This document shows positions 51,681-64,000 of a stretch of DNA of 64,000 nt, piece after piece (the first letter of the stretch is position 1; every line of letters begins with the position of its first letter). A model generated the notes under the pieces. The model searched no databases and was not told the origin of the DNA. It saw only the letters and a list, made by a program, of their open reading frames with translations. The position numbers and the translations under genes are program-made. Where the stretch lies: the NCBI RefSeq assembly GCF_004010195.1, contig NC_057719.1, positions 28,340,747-28,404,746 on the forward strand, given 5' to 3'. This DNA comes from Chiloscyllium plagiosum (taxonomy: Eukaryota).

Positions 51681-52689
51681 AGTCAGCTGGGACCTGGAGA
51701 ACTGGAGTTCATTATTACAACCTTAAATAATGTTTTTCAAATATTATTTCAAATGCAAGGCAATTTGTTCAACCAGCAGAAAAAGAATCCAATAAAAAGA
51801 AGGCAAGATCATCAATTACTTGCTGAACTGCAGTTGGCAGACACCAGTGTCTACATTTGGGTCTGTGTTATATTATAGTTGTGCTTTAATGCTTTCTTAC
51901 AGAACTACATAGTTTTGCAGCATTGATTTCCCAATTGTGTTTCACATTTCAGCTTAATCCAAGGCTGCATATCCTTTTACATATATACCTGTTAACTAAA
52001 GCAACTATCCCTAATTCTCAAAAGTACCTGCATTGTTTCAAAACAAGTCTTTGCCTCACAAAAAAAAATTATGCACACAAACACATTATTAACATGTTAT
52101 TGAGGTCAGGTCCTTTGCATTAGTTTTTCCCTTGACTTTCTTTGTTAATTTGCAGCTGATTTGGTTGGGGGAGAATATTATGTATCACATTTCATTTGAG
52201 CGCTGATAGGCAATGGGAATCCAATCCACAGCACAACACCACAGTCTGGACAAGCTCAAGCACAAAAAAACTCTCTGTAGAATAATTGATAGTTGGAGTG
52301 GATAGTATTTGGTCTGGGTGGGTATGCAGTCACAATTGCCAAGGTCAGACTGTTGCCAACAATCAGTATTTATGAGAGGGAAAAAAGAATTGCAACAGAA
52401 TCCAGAATATTTGAAGTAAATAGGTTTTTTTTTTCACAGTAGCACTGCGGGGGCCATTTTCTTTCCCTGCTCAATTTGGCAGAAACTAGGCAGGTGGACA
52501 GTTAAAATTGCCCATGGCCACTTGCCTATACTGAAGTTCCTAATAATGGACATGCTGTTATTTACACCTGCTCTACTGAATAGGTAGTAAGGATACCCCA
52601 AATGGATGGATCCTTTTTAGTATATGTACGAGAATAGTTTTTACAAGATGATTTCAGCGGGGTCTAACAGTGAGATTTCTGTCAGGTCA

Positions 52690-53825
52690 ATCCATTGAAG
52701 ATGAGAAAGGGGGCAGAGTTAGTAGTAAGTGGCAACAAGTCAACCTGTTATGGAAAAACCTAAATAGGATTTTAGCTTTAGTATATGGGAATGCTGAACA
52801 TGAAGTTGTAGTGAATTTATACAAGATGTTGGTTACACAATAATTGAAATATTGTGTGCACTTTTCAACATCCCATTTCAGAAAGGATGTCAAATCTTTC
52901 ACAAGAGTACAGCAATATTTTTTGAGTTATGGCTGTGAAGAAAGTTTTTTTTCTATGGAATGGGAATGGATGTGGCCATCCACTGGAGGTTACAAAATTA
53001 TGCAAAGGTTTTGAAAGAGGTGAAAGATAGTTATTTTCTCCAGCTGTCAGGCAATAAGAAGGAGACAAAAAGGATTGTCTTAAGACTATAAGTCGATAAG
53101 AAATCAGCACAGGAGTAAGCTGCAATTCAATGGATCATAGTTGATCTGACATTTCTCACATCCACTTTCCTCCCTTTTCTCCATCACCACTGGTTCCCCT
53201 ACCAATAAAGAATCTATCTATCTCAGCCTTAAATATACTCGATGTCGATTCTCCTGCTCCTCAGATGCTGTCTGACCTGCTGTGCTTTTCCAGCACCCCA
53301 CTCTCGACTCTGTTCTCCAGCATCTGCAGTCCTAACGTTTTCCCTACTCCAACTGACTTGAAGAACAAAATTAGAAGTTCAAACAGCTATTTTCACATGG
53401 AAGGCTTTATCTTAGGATATTGAATTTGTTTTATGACTTCAAAACATCCCTTCGACATACAAGATGAGGAGTTAAGATGTTTAAAATGTTAATTGGGTAG
53501 ATGTTGGCCAAGTCACCGATGCCCACATTTGAAAAAAGATAAAAGAGAAACTATATCTTCTCATATGGGGATCAAGACAATGAGATCTTTTGTTTAGACC
53601 GAATGCACTAGGACAGATGTGCTTTTTTCACACAATGAATAGTAATTGCATAGAATTTGCTCCTCAGGCAGGCTACAAATGCTGGAATAATTGGAGTTTC
53701 AAGACTGTGATCAAAAGATTCTTATCAGGCTGATGTATCAAAGGATGGGGAGCTAAGGTGAGTAAACTGAGGTAAAAATCAGCCATGATCTAGAGCAGGC
53801 TGAGTGAGCTATTCCTATGTTCCTT
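52690..53825. mobile_element. Old CR1 fragments with a nested PLE terminal fragment (53241-53345)
   Basis: aatattgtgtgcacttt.. and agccatgatct CR1 motifs. PLE piece gtcgattctcctgctcctcagatgctgtctgacctgctgtgc. Confidence 0.65.
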
Positions 53826-54404
53826 TAATGGCACTGTTAATAATTACACAGCTCCCTCTGTACTGACTTTGGAACTCCATAGGTTAGAAAGGAAATCCCC
53901 ATCAACACATTTAAAATCTCTTCACTATCCTCTGTCCCGGTAGCATAACAATATAGCACAGCAATGTCTGGAATAATCCCATAAGGGTCTGCTGTTTCTC
54001 AAAAGCAACATATGCCAAAGATAGAAATGGCTTCTACCTAATTGTTGGCCCAAATGTTTGCACTGACTGGAAGCAGAACTATTTAAGACAGTGATAAATT
54101 ACTGTCTGATACAGGTCTGCAGCAGGGAAAGCAGAATGTGAAGCTTCTCACATCCTTATCTTTGAATTAAATTGAATTAGCTTTATTGTCACGTACTCAA
54201 ATGAGTACAGTGACGAGTTTACAAATCACCACTTACAGTGCTATCTTAGGTACAAGGAAACTAGGTACACATTCTTCAGTACAAATTCTTAGGAGAAAAA
54301 ATTAGAAAAATAAAGAAGTAAAATGTCCAGCATTACAGATCGTGGGAATAAATTAGAAAATAGAGATATAAAAAGTTTAGAACAACAATCCTTCCAAGCA
54401 AATT

Positions 54405-55146
54405 AGAGCAGATCTTATACACTTAATGGTAAGGTCCTGAGGAGTGTTGCTGAACAAAGAGACCTTGGAGTGCTGGTTCATACTTCCTTGAAATTATAGT
54501 CAAAGGTAGATAGGATAGTGAAGAAGACGTTTGGTATGCTTTCCTTTATTGGTCAGAGCATTGAGTATAGGAGTTGGGAGGTCATGTTGTGGCTGTACAG
54601 GCCATTAGTTAGACCACTTTTGGAATATTGCATGCAATTCTGGTTTCCTTCTATCGGAAGGTTGTTGTGAAACTTGAAAGGGTTCAGAAAAGATTTACAA
54701 GGACAGAGTTGGAGGATTTGAGCTATAGGGAGAGGCTGAATAGGCTGGGGCTGTTTTCTTTGGAGCGTCAGAGGCTGAGGGGTGACCTTATTGAGGTTTA
54801 TAGAATCATGAGGGGCATGGATAGGATAAATAGGCAAAGTCTTTTCCCTGGGGTGGGGGAATCCAGAACTAGAAGGCATAGGTTTAGGGTGAGAGGGGAA
54901 AGATATAAAATGGACCTAAGGGGCAACTTTTCCACGCAGAGGGTGGTGCGTGTATGGAATGAGCTGCCAGAGGAAGTGGTGGAGGCTGGTACAAATACAG
55001 CAATTAAAATGCATCTGGATGGGTATATGAATAGGAAGGGTTTGGAGAGATATGGACCAAGTGCTAGCAAATGGGACTAGATTATGGTTGGCATGGACGA
55101 GTTGGACCAATGGGTCTGTTTCCATACTGTACATCTCTATGACTCT
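54405..55146 (+). mobile_element. CR1 LINE 3' portion
   Basis: ORF 54628-55080 reads LERVQKRFTR..LSYRERLNRLGLFSLERQRLRGDLIEVYRIMRG..FSTQRVVRVWNELPEEVVEAG. Tail ctctatgactct. Confidence 0.92.
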
Positions 55147-56714
55147 AATCCAGTTCACAATAGCATCTAGGCTCTAGTCCATGCCAGGCCTACATTCCAG
55201 ACCACAGAAGGCTTCATCTCGAGACCTAGAGGATTTATAAAGCAAGTACTTTTATAGTAATTGTGTACTGCAGATAGGAGGTACCCAACAATTATCAAAT
55301 TCACTGGTCTACTGGGCTTTCAAGTGAGCAATGATCTCCTTCTCTGCCTTATGAATGGCAGTTAGGCAAAACAATAATGTATCCCTTGAAAATTCAGATT
55401 AGTTTTATAGTATTAATTCAGTGTAGCAGTATAGCACAAAAGTGAGCCTTGTTATTAGTATTCCTATTTCAAAAGTTATGTTTTAAATTTAAAAGTTTAA
55501 AAAAGGGACTGGATTTATCAATGGGAGTGCATTGCCTTTGAAAGGATTTGCAAGTTGAAAATGTAAACGCAGTGAATTAACCCAGTGCAGCACTATACAA
55601 CTCAAAGCATCCTGAGTTGAAGCTCTTAACATAAAACCATCTCCCACAACTGCTAAGCTTAGTCCGTCCTCCAAGCCAGTTCCCTCAAGATCATCACTTG
55701 CCATTTAAACAAAAATGGGCAAAGAAATCAGTGGAAACCAAACAGAAAGAGGTGTGAAAACCATTTGTAGGTTTACATTAACTCGTTGATTTATAGAAGG
55801 AACATTAACAAAGAGACGCTGTCTTTTCATGTTTAAAAGATGAAAGATGGCCAGTGACAGGAGACAGGTTCACTAGGGAGAAAGTGGGAGGTAAGTGCTT
55901 GACTGGTCCATTAAATGATAAATAGTCCTTTTGAACAACTTGCAAGATACATCATAACAGCAAGAAGCTGTTGGAAGAAAAATATCATAAGTTCATAGAT
56001 TATAGCCCCAAGAGCCCTAAAAATAACTCATGTTCACTCTATTCCCTTACTGATAAAGGAAAGAAGTACAAGGTCTCAATAGCCTCACAGCATAAGCTTT
56101 TTTGCAGAGGTTTTAATCAGAACACCGTTTCAGAAGTATGTTTCACAAGCAGCTCTCAAGAGTTACAAACGTTTTGAAAAATGGATCCTAAATGTTAAAG
56201 ATTGAAGGACTTTTGGCAAACCTTTGTCAGCAGTAAGTAACCCTTTCTCCATGCTGCAAACAGGTTTGACCTTACCCCAAGCCCCAGTTGGTACTATAGC
56301 TGGCCCCCTCATCTCCTGAACGGAAACTAAGGATTATATTGTCTGGCCAATTTAAATCAAAACTCTTTTTTTTTTAAATCTCTTGCACTGCCTGCCTAAA
56401 CACTGCCTTGAAAGATCTGTTTTTGGTTTAAAACATAGAGAAGTAGCCTGGTTAGGGCAACTATTTGACAAAAAGTCAAAAAAGGTAAATTATTTGCAGT
56501 TAGGGGTCACTTCCTAAACTTCAGACTAAAGTATATGTAATCTACTAAATTAGTCATGTATGTTGACAAGATAACCCCTCACCTCAATTCTACCTGCTCG
56601 CCGTGCAGCATTTCATCATTTCATCCCCTCTCCCAACCTTTACATAATGGAGACAACACTGGGGTCGGCTGTTCAATTTGGAATAACTGACAAAAGGTAA
56701 AACTCTATGAATCA

Positions 56715-57037
56715 TACAGTGGCTCAGCGGTTAGCACTGCTGCCTCACAGCACGAGGGACCCGGGTTTGATTCCACCCCTGGGCGACTGTCTGTGTGAGT
56801 TTGCATATTCTCCCCATGTCTGTGTGGGTTTCTGCTGGGTATTGCGGTTTCCTCCCACAGTCCAAACATGTGCAAGTTAGGTGGATTGGCCATGTTAAAT
56901 AACCCATAGTGTTCAGGGATGTGTAGATTAGGTGAATTAGCCAGGGGAAATGCAGGGTGACCGGGATAGGATAGGGGTAGGTTGGTGTTGACTCATTGGG
57001 CTGAATAGGCTGTTTTCACACTGTAGAGATTCTATGG
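56715..57037 (+). mobile_element. HE1-like SINE
   Basis: cagtggctcagcggttagcactgctgcc...gtttcctcccacagtccaaacatgtgc...gttttcacactgtagagattctatg. Confidence 0.85.
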
Positions 57038-57059
57038 AATCAACTACTACTGATCTTCT

Positions 57060-57440
57060 GGCATGAGTGACATTTTCCACCAATAAGATGCTGCACATTT
57101 CTGCCTCCCTCATACCTGAGCAACGTTTTGCAGGATATCAGTGCTGTTGCTGTTGCTGGATTCATGGGTCGTACATCCCAAGGTTTGGCTGATCGAATCA
57201 AAAAACCTGTTCCTCTAGCTGTATGTAATGGGCCGAGTAAACCAATACTCAATCAGCCTGTGCATCCAAACTCTAGAACAACATGTTTTGATGCGGCTCT
57301 GTAATTGTGTAGCATTTGCGAAACAATCCCAAGTGTGCTTATAGCCAGACTAACCACTAAATTTGCAAAATTAGTAAAACATATAATGTGGCTTACTTTT
57401 TTTGTTGGAAGCAAGATGTGTTCAAGCATAGGGACTTGTG
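57060..57440 (+). pseudogene. Relic GIY-YIG endonuclease region of a Penelope-like element
   Basis: Frameshifted translation FSTNKML...FMGRTSQGLADRIKKPVP...HLRNNPKCA...LEA resembles the PLE Y-V-G-R-T-S-Q-R-L-A-D-R-I-K-Q-H motif. Confidence 0.6.
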
Positions 57441-59029
57441 ACTTTTCCATGGTAGTATTTTGGCCAGTCAGTTATCTTTCTAACCAAGCACCTCATTTTC
57501 TCCTGCATTATAAATTGTTGTGATTATTTAAGGTTTGGCATTCTTGCATTTATCTTGGCATTTATCATTGGCAACATGCCTTTCTCTTCAACAATATTTA
57601 ACATCTGGATTTTGGGTACATGGGAATTAAAGGATATGGAGAGAGTGTGGGAAGGTAAAGTTGAGGTAGCAATGATCTTATTGAACGGTGGAAAAGACAC
57701 AAAGGGTGGAATGGTTTACCATTTCTTTCATTCTTACAGCCTCTGAACTTGGTATTGAGAGATTTACATGCTATTACGGAATAGGCAAGCATCATAGAAT
57801 TCCAAAAGGGAATCCAACTGCTCAACATTGCTGGAGAATGACTCTGAGTTTTAATATTGTGATGTTATAAAAATCTACTTTAATTATAAGTTGATGTGCC
57901 CATTGCTATGACAACATATTTTTGTTTGCTGATAATCTTAACTCTAAAATAATACAAGTTAAATTAGATATGACAAATTGAATATTCAGAATTAAATATC
58001 TATGAAACCTGACATCTGGTAAAATTTAAGGATAAAATTTTTAGTATAAAATTATCTTTTGCATGACAAATCAATCACTGATTCATTCTTGAAGGTTGTG
58101 AGGAGTAGGAAGAGAAACATTATTCATGGTCTTCATTTCAAGCAAACAAATAAGATTTTATATTTGAGAAACTCCATACCTAGCACTATTGTGAGACATA
58201 GACTACCTTAGTCAAGGAGTCCTCAAAAGTAACCATGAATGGAATATAATTTGATGCCCACATTCAGAGAACAGAAATAAAGAAAAAGTGATGTTTTCCA
58301 AACAGTGCAGCCTTCAGGCTCCCTCCAACACTCTAGATTTATGAGGAATTAGGAAAAAGTAGAAGTTTCCATCAAGTATTGTAATTTTAGACAGGATTTC
58401 ATAGGTGGTGGGGCTCCAGATATGTTGCCATGATGGCTGCCCCCACTTTAAAAATATGACCTGCAACCATCTGATTGGCCAACAGCTCTTTGGTCCCATG
58501 AGCGTCACCAAGAATAGTGGCCATTGCAAGAATTGCATCCAGTTGAAGTCAAAACAAGCTAGCAAACAGATAGCAGAAAAGCTGAGGGTATTCTAATCAG
58601 AGCAAAGAGAGGAGGCCTAGGGGAAAAGGTGAGGATTAGGCTAGAGGGTGGGAGGTAGGGTGGGGGATGAGGGAGGAAATGGAAGAAGCAGATACCAGAG
58701 CTCTGAAGGAAAGTCATGCTGAAAATATTAACTCTGGATGTCGGTATGCTCGCTGAGCTGAAAGGTTCATTTCCAGACATTTTGTTACCTTACTAGGTAA
58801 CATCTTCAGTGGACCTCAGGTGAAGCAATGATGAAAATTCCTGCTTTCTATTTATATGTTTGGGTTTCTTTGGGTAGGTGATGTCATTTCCTGTGGTGAT
58901 GTTATTTCCTTTGTTGAAGTCACCTCCTGTTCCTTTTCTCAGGGGGTGGTAGATGGAGTCTAACTTGATGTGTTTGTTGCTAGAGTTCCGGTTGGAATGC
59001 CATGCTTCTAGGTCCTGCTCCTACATCCA

Positions 59030-59370
59030 AAACATATTGTCTAGCTATCACCATTGTTAACAGCTAACCCTAGAACGCAACTTTAAAAAAAGGGTGTTGT
59101 GATTTACACATGAAAGAAGTGAAACTATCACTGTATTCTAACAGATGAAAGGCTTAACAATCAATTTTTCGATGTATAATTTCAGTTACATCACACTGCA
59201 AATTTTTGTGATAAATTCTGTATTACGATCGAGCCCTCCACAATCACCTGATGAAGGAGCGTCGTTCCGAAAGCTAGTGTGCTTCCAATTAAACCTGTTG
59301 GACTATAACCTGGTGTTGTGTGATTTTTAACTTTGTACACCCCAGTCCAACACTGGCATCTCCAAATCAT
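59030..59370 (+). mobile_element. PLE family B 3' end
   Basis: Homologous to 45500-45720. Ends cccagtccaacactggcatctccaaatcat. Confidence 0.78.
59245..59279 (+). ncRNA. Minimal hammerhead ribozyme motif (PLE family B)
   Basis: Stem I cac/gtg, core CTGATGA, extra A, stem II GGAGC/GTTCC, GAAA, palindromic AGCT, CTA cleavage triplet. Confidence 0.72.
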
Positions 59371-59620
59371 TCATCCAAAACCTCAACCTGAGCTACAAAT
59401 CTTCTCAAAACTTGCTAATATTAACTCTGTTTCTCTCTCCAAGATTATTCATGAGTTTCTCCAGTCTAAAGTCAAAGTCATAAAGTGAATCTGGGAGCGC
59501 ACCAGACCATGGAGGGGCAGACTATTAGAACAGAGAATGTGAATGTGGCACTGACCCCAACTAGGGCCCTACTTTACTCCTAGGCCCAAGCAGGCTTCCC
59601 AGCTGGATTTTCACCAGTCC

Positions 59621-59970
59621 CAGTGTTGCCAGCTGTGATTACGTATATTCCTGGAGGTCTCATCACATGATTTGCCCCATGCTCCAGCCATTAGTCAACC
59701 AACACATCCAAACTCACAATGCACTACTTTCCTAAGCCAACAGGAAAGCAAAATGACTCATTGCCCAATTGAATGTTACTTGTCTGCCAGCCAAACAGCC
59801 TTTTCTTTCCAATTTTCAACACTTTAATGTCTGGTAAAGACAACCGTTCACAGAAAATTACAAAAATTAAAAAAAAATGCATATCTGGATGATTTTTCTT
59901 CAACAGTGCGTTTAATGCTGATCTTCAATGTCTGGAGACTCCAGTCCAATCTGGAAAGTTGGCAGTCCAT
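59621..59970. mobile_element. Possible old hAT-like non-autonomous DNA transposon
   Basis: Imperfect termini cagtgttgccagct and agttggcagtcc resemble the GGTTGCCA-type TIR. Confidence 0.35.
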
Positions 59971-60079
59971 GGTAACCTTCTCCTGCTCACTGGATCATTT
60001 TAGCAGGGTGGGAAATAACTATTAAAAACCATTAAAGAATGCATGTGTAGGCAGACTACCCAAGGCCTCACCCACCACC

Positions 60080-60853
60080 GGGTAAATCATATTCAGGTCA
60101 GCAGAAGACAGTGAGACTGCAGGAAAAGCACTGATGGAATTTTACAGACCATCCCTGCCTCACTCCTCAAACACAACTGCAGGAGAGTATAAAGTACTTT
60201 CCATTTAAAAGTTTTGGAAATTATAACTTGTTTTTAATTCTTGTACAGGATGTGGACTTCACAGACAAGACTGGCATTTTGTCATCCCTGAACTGAATAG
60301 TTCTCCAGGTCATTTCAGGGAGCAGTTAGGAGTCAGCCATATTGCTGTAAGTCTGGAGTCACAGATAGTCCAGGCTAGGTAAGGACAGCAGTTTCCTTAG
60401 ATTTTTGATTACATTACACTCCAATAATGAACAATGGTTGCCATTGGGCTAACTTTTTCATTCCAGTTTTTTTATTGAATACAAATTTCACTACCAAGTG
60501 GGATTTGAATCTGTCCCTGACTTTGGAGCCTGACACACTACACTACTAGTCTAATAACAATCCCATAATACCATCTCCTCCTTTATCAACAAGTTTCAAA
60601 TGTTAATCTATTTCTCATGATAAAAATAAGGATGAACTCATACATATCTCTAAGCATTATGCATATAGAAATGTAGAGAAGAAGAGTGGAGTAGAATTAA
60701 ACACAAGTTATAATTTCCAAAACTTTTAATGGAAAATACTTTGTACTCTCCTGCAGTTGCTTTTGAGGAATGAGGCGGGGTGGTTTGTAAAACCTCCATC
60801 TGTGCTTTTCCTGCAGTCTCACTGTCTTCCGCTGACCTGAATATGATTTACCC
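60080..60853. repeat. ~160-bp inverted repeat (60080-60241 / 60693-60853), ~450-bp spacer
   Basis: gggtaaatcatattcaggtcagc..gtgagactgcaggaaaagcac..aaagttttggaaattataacttg matches the reverse complement of 60693-60853 at high identity. Confidence 0.92.
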
Positions 60854-61005
60854 TTCCAACCTGCTCCACCATTCATTATGATCATGGATGATCATCCACC
60901 TCAATAGCTTCCTCCTGCCTTTCCCCCATATCCTTTAATCCCTTTAGTCCCAATTGCTATATCCAACTCCTTCTTGAAATCGTATAATGTTTTCACTTCA
61001 ATGGC
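60660..61005 (-). mobile_element. CR1 3' tail interrupted by the inverted duplication
   Basis: agagtggagtag is followed, after the insert, by cccttccaacctgctccaccattcattatgatcatgg. Confidence 0.7.
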
Positions 61006-62835
61006 TTGTTTGACTTATCAGTATGGTAATTTAACATCAATAATAACTTTAATCAATCTCATATTATGATTGGAAGGATTTTATATCAAGTGAAGATCAA
61101 TATTAACCGGCAAGCAATGTGTTAGCCGGCTTGAATAGATGACCTATGCTCAAAATGAAAACTCCTGATTAAACTTCATTTGGAAATATTGCAAATATTT
61201 ATGAAATATTCACTTTTCCCTCTTTGAGCTTGTTAAACATTCTCTGTATTAATCCACTGCTGTCTAGTATTTATGGAAAAACTTCTGAAAGATATCAAAG
61301 TAAAGCTGCAGTGAAGGTGAATTTGCACCTTCTGTCCTTTACAATTAATCTGCATACTTTAAGATATATGTTGTCACTGACACATTGTAGCATTCCAGAA
61401 AGCAGGCTGATTGAGAGTTCAGAAAACAATGCAGAATATCGGGCAATATTCTAACTGCGCAGTCTATACAAGGGACAATCTCAGCAGCACTCCATCACAG
61501 TGTGAAAGCAAAGAGGAAATGTCACCTGAAAAGCGTTGTTTGTTATGTAATCACATAAAAATGCTCGCTCCTATTTCCCGTGATCCCATCCCAACTCTAC
61601 AGGCAGGACTGAAGTATTGGAATCAAATCAAAACGAGTCAATCACCCTCAGATCAGCACCGCTGGGAATGAAGCTGGCTTTCGTAAGAAAACAGCAACAG
61701 GGTCCAAGTATTCTTGAAGAGATCAAGACAGTAATGCAATGAGAATGTAACTCAATCTGTGGGCATTCTCCTGAGAATAGTCTTGGTCCACTGAGAAAAA
61801 GGGTGTTTCCAGTTCTGTTTACTGCATTTCTTAGCAGTGATGCCTAATATTTTGGTTTAAGTGTCTAATCGGAGCTGGGTCACATCTGAATTTCTACAGT
61901 GCAGCATATCTGTAAGCCAGTAATGAACTACATCTGTTACATGTGTTCTTCATTCCAACAGCATCAGGCAGCTGGACAATTTGCCAATTGTACTTTTAGC
62001 TCATATTTGCTTTTACTTTGGCAATCTGAATTTTTTTTTGGAAAGGGAAAGATTTATCTTCACTAACATTTCAGAATTCAAAAGCTAGAAGATTTACATG
62101 AAAAGTAAATACAGGAGTAGAAATTACTTTGCATTGTGCCCATTTAGCTGTGGTTCAGCCTGCACCTGATGAGAGCAGGCATTGGGCCCACTGCTAAATG
62201 GAATATGCTAATGAGGACTCCTTGTCAAAATTAGTTCCTGATGAGGACCCAAGCTTGGCCCCAGCTCAGGAGCCTTCAAGAAAGGTCAACAGGGGAATAT
62301 TTTAATTTTACAAATGCTTCTCTTGGAGCCAGGTGGAGTTATTGGCTTGATTCCATCGTGATCACACATCCGCAACTGATCCTACCCTCCCAAAGCCAAT
62401 TGCCCCCTCCTCCCTCCCCACAGTCTGCTCTGCCATACCCCTCCCCCCAACATCCTCACAACAGGAATTCCTGAAATAAGCTGGCCAGTAACTCGCAATT
62501 GTTATTTCCTGTTAGATAAGCTCTCTGTTGAGGCAAAATTTGTGTCAACAGGTCACACCAATTCTTCAGGAGAGGCCTGAATGCCAATTTATGCCAATCT
62601 TTGGTCATCTTAGTTCAGGCTCAAGCAGTATCCAACGTGGAGGCATATTAGGATATAGATACAATTGTTCAAAAGCATTAGTTGATAATTCTATTTCTCT
62701 ATATTAATGACCCTGCTTCACTCTTCCAACAATACCCATCCACAATCAGATTTAGACTCTTCATATCCTTAAATATATTCGGGCACCATAGATGATGACA
62801 AGTTGGGAGCTCTCTCCTCTTAGAGCAATGCTTAC

Positions 62836-62862
62836 AGCTGCTATTAACTGTTGAAAGTGGAA
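62836..62862 (-). other. Candidate 27-nt micro-exon
   Basis: tgatgtcttttacag|TTCCACTTTCAACAGTTAATAGCAGCT|gtaagc. Strong sites, length a multiple of 3, two open frames. Confidence 0.35.
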
Positions 62863-63194
62863 CTGTAAAAGACATCAAACACCATTTGTCAAGAGATTCT
62901 GTGAAGCTGGAGAATACTTGCTCAAACAATCAAGAGTTTCTGTGACCTATGAGTACCACAGCACTTTTTCTTAAAAAATTGGATTTTAAAATGTGGGAAG
63001 CACTGGCTATGCCAACATTTCTAGCTCGTCCCTTGAGTCTGTAATGAGTTGATTCAGTTTTGATTTTCATTTCTTTCCGTTTAATTGACTCTCACATTAG
63101 ATCCATTGCCTTGGAAGTGAATGTCCTGTATGGTGTGGGACTGAGACCCTGGGCACTCAGACCACTGCTCTGTCTTGGGAAAAGTTTTGAGCAA

Positions 63195-63626
63195 TTAGGC
63201 TGGGGCTGTTTTCCCTGGAGCATCAGAGGCTGAGGGGTGACCTTATAGAGGTTTACAAAATCATGAGGGGTACGAATAGGGTAAATAGACAAGGTATTTT
63301 CCCTGGTGTGGGTGAGTCCAGAACTAGAGGGCATAAGTTTAAGGTGAGAGGGGAAAGATATAACAGGGACCTAAGGGGCAGCTTTTTCATGCAGAGGGTG
63401 GTGTGTGTATAGAATAAGCTGTCAGAGGAAGTGGTGGAGGCTAGCACCATTACAGCATTTAAAAGGCTGCTGGATGGGTAAATGAATAGGAAGAGTCTGG
63501 AGTGAGATGGGTCAAGTGCTAGCAAATGGGACTAGATTAGATTAGGATATCTGGTCAGCATGGACGAGTTAGAATGAAGGGTCTGTTTCCATGCTGTACA
63601 TTTCTATGAGTCTATGAGTCTATCTC
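63195..63626 (+). mobile_element. CR1 LINE 3' fragment
   Basis: ggctggggctgttttccctggagcatcagaggctgaggggtgacc...ctatgagtctatgagtctat tail. Confidence 0.9.
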
Positions 63627-64000
63627 TGAAAATACAGGGAAGAAAGATGCGTGTGGGCATCAATAAATAGCAACAAGAGCAGCCACGCTGTGAGGATGAG
63701 CAATGAATGCTTGAAAACTTGGAGCTGAATGCTTGATAGCCTACAGCCACTTCTCATTTGTGTCTGTTCAGACCGCAAATGCTGTTACAGCCGAATCATG
63801 AGGTTGCTGCACTGATAAAATTACCACAGGTGTCCTTTCAACCTCCAGACTGAGAACATTGCACTATTTGAAAAGTCTAACTGGATGCAAGTAGGTTGCG
63901 TAAAGAACTGAACTATTCAAATATAGCATTGTTTGCAAAACAATCAGAAGGAAACTGATAGCACATCTCAATGTTGGGGCATGTTAGTTCGGCGAGTTTC

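Larger units (their letters stand above)
58737..59416. mobile_element. PLE family C 3' end (minus; hammerhead relic 58772-58812) containing a nested PLE family B end
   Basis: Minus translation LEAWHSNRNSSNKHIKLDSIYHPLRK (GIY-YIG C-terminus). Exact 13-bp duplication aatattaactctg at 58724-58736 and 59417-59429. Confidence 0.78.

Noticed and set aside
55489..55704. 71-aa ORF MASDDLEGTG...
   Set aside because: No recognisable homology, and only non-ideal splice sites.
1..64000. CRISPR arrays, prokaryotic operons or defence systems
   Set aside because: The sequence is eukaryotic and repeat-rich, with no regularly spaced repeat-spacer array or gene-dense region.

Overview
Repeat-dense vertebrate genomic DNA, most likely from a shark or other elasmobranch: it carries HE1-like V-SINEs sharing tails with CR1/HER1-type LINEs, DeuSINE-like relics and many Penelope-like element (PLE) ends. 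No intact cellular gene or operon can be identified. Nearly all long ORFs are fragments of CR1-clade LINE ORF2, or artefacts of a 699-N gap. A possible minus-strand host gene end is suggested by a long repeat-free, 3'UTR-like block (~15.0-17.0 kb) and several small exon-like segments, but the gene could not be named. The most notable observation is a full-length U6 snRNA retrocopy (946-1051, minus) whose 5-T tail is fused at the predicted hammerhead-ribozyme cleavage site of a PLE terminal repeat. This fits ligation of U6 (2',3'-cyclic phosphate end) to a ribozyme-cleaved retroelement RNA (5'-OH end) followed by retrotransposition. Other highlights: minimal hammerhead motifs in three different PLE families; fold-back PLE insertions with 12-14 bp target duplications; a triple-nested PLE; two A-tailed LINE ends stacked at one 15-bp site in a probable solo LTR; a ~160-bp local inverted duplication; a TA-flanked Tigger-like MITE; and relic GIY-YIG and Harbinger Myb coding segments. 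Family names come from pattern recognition, not database searches, and most repeat boundaries are approximate.
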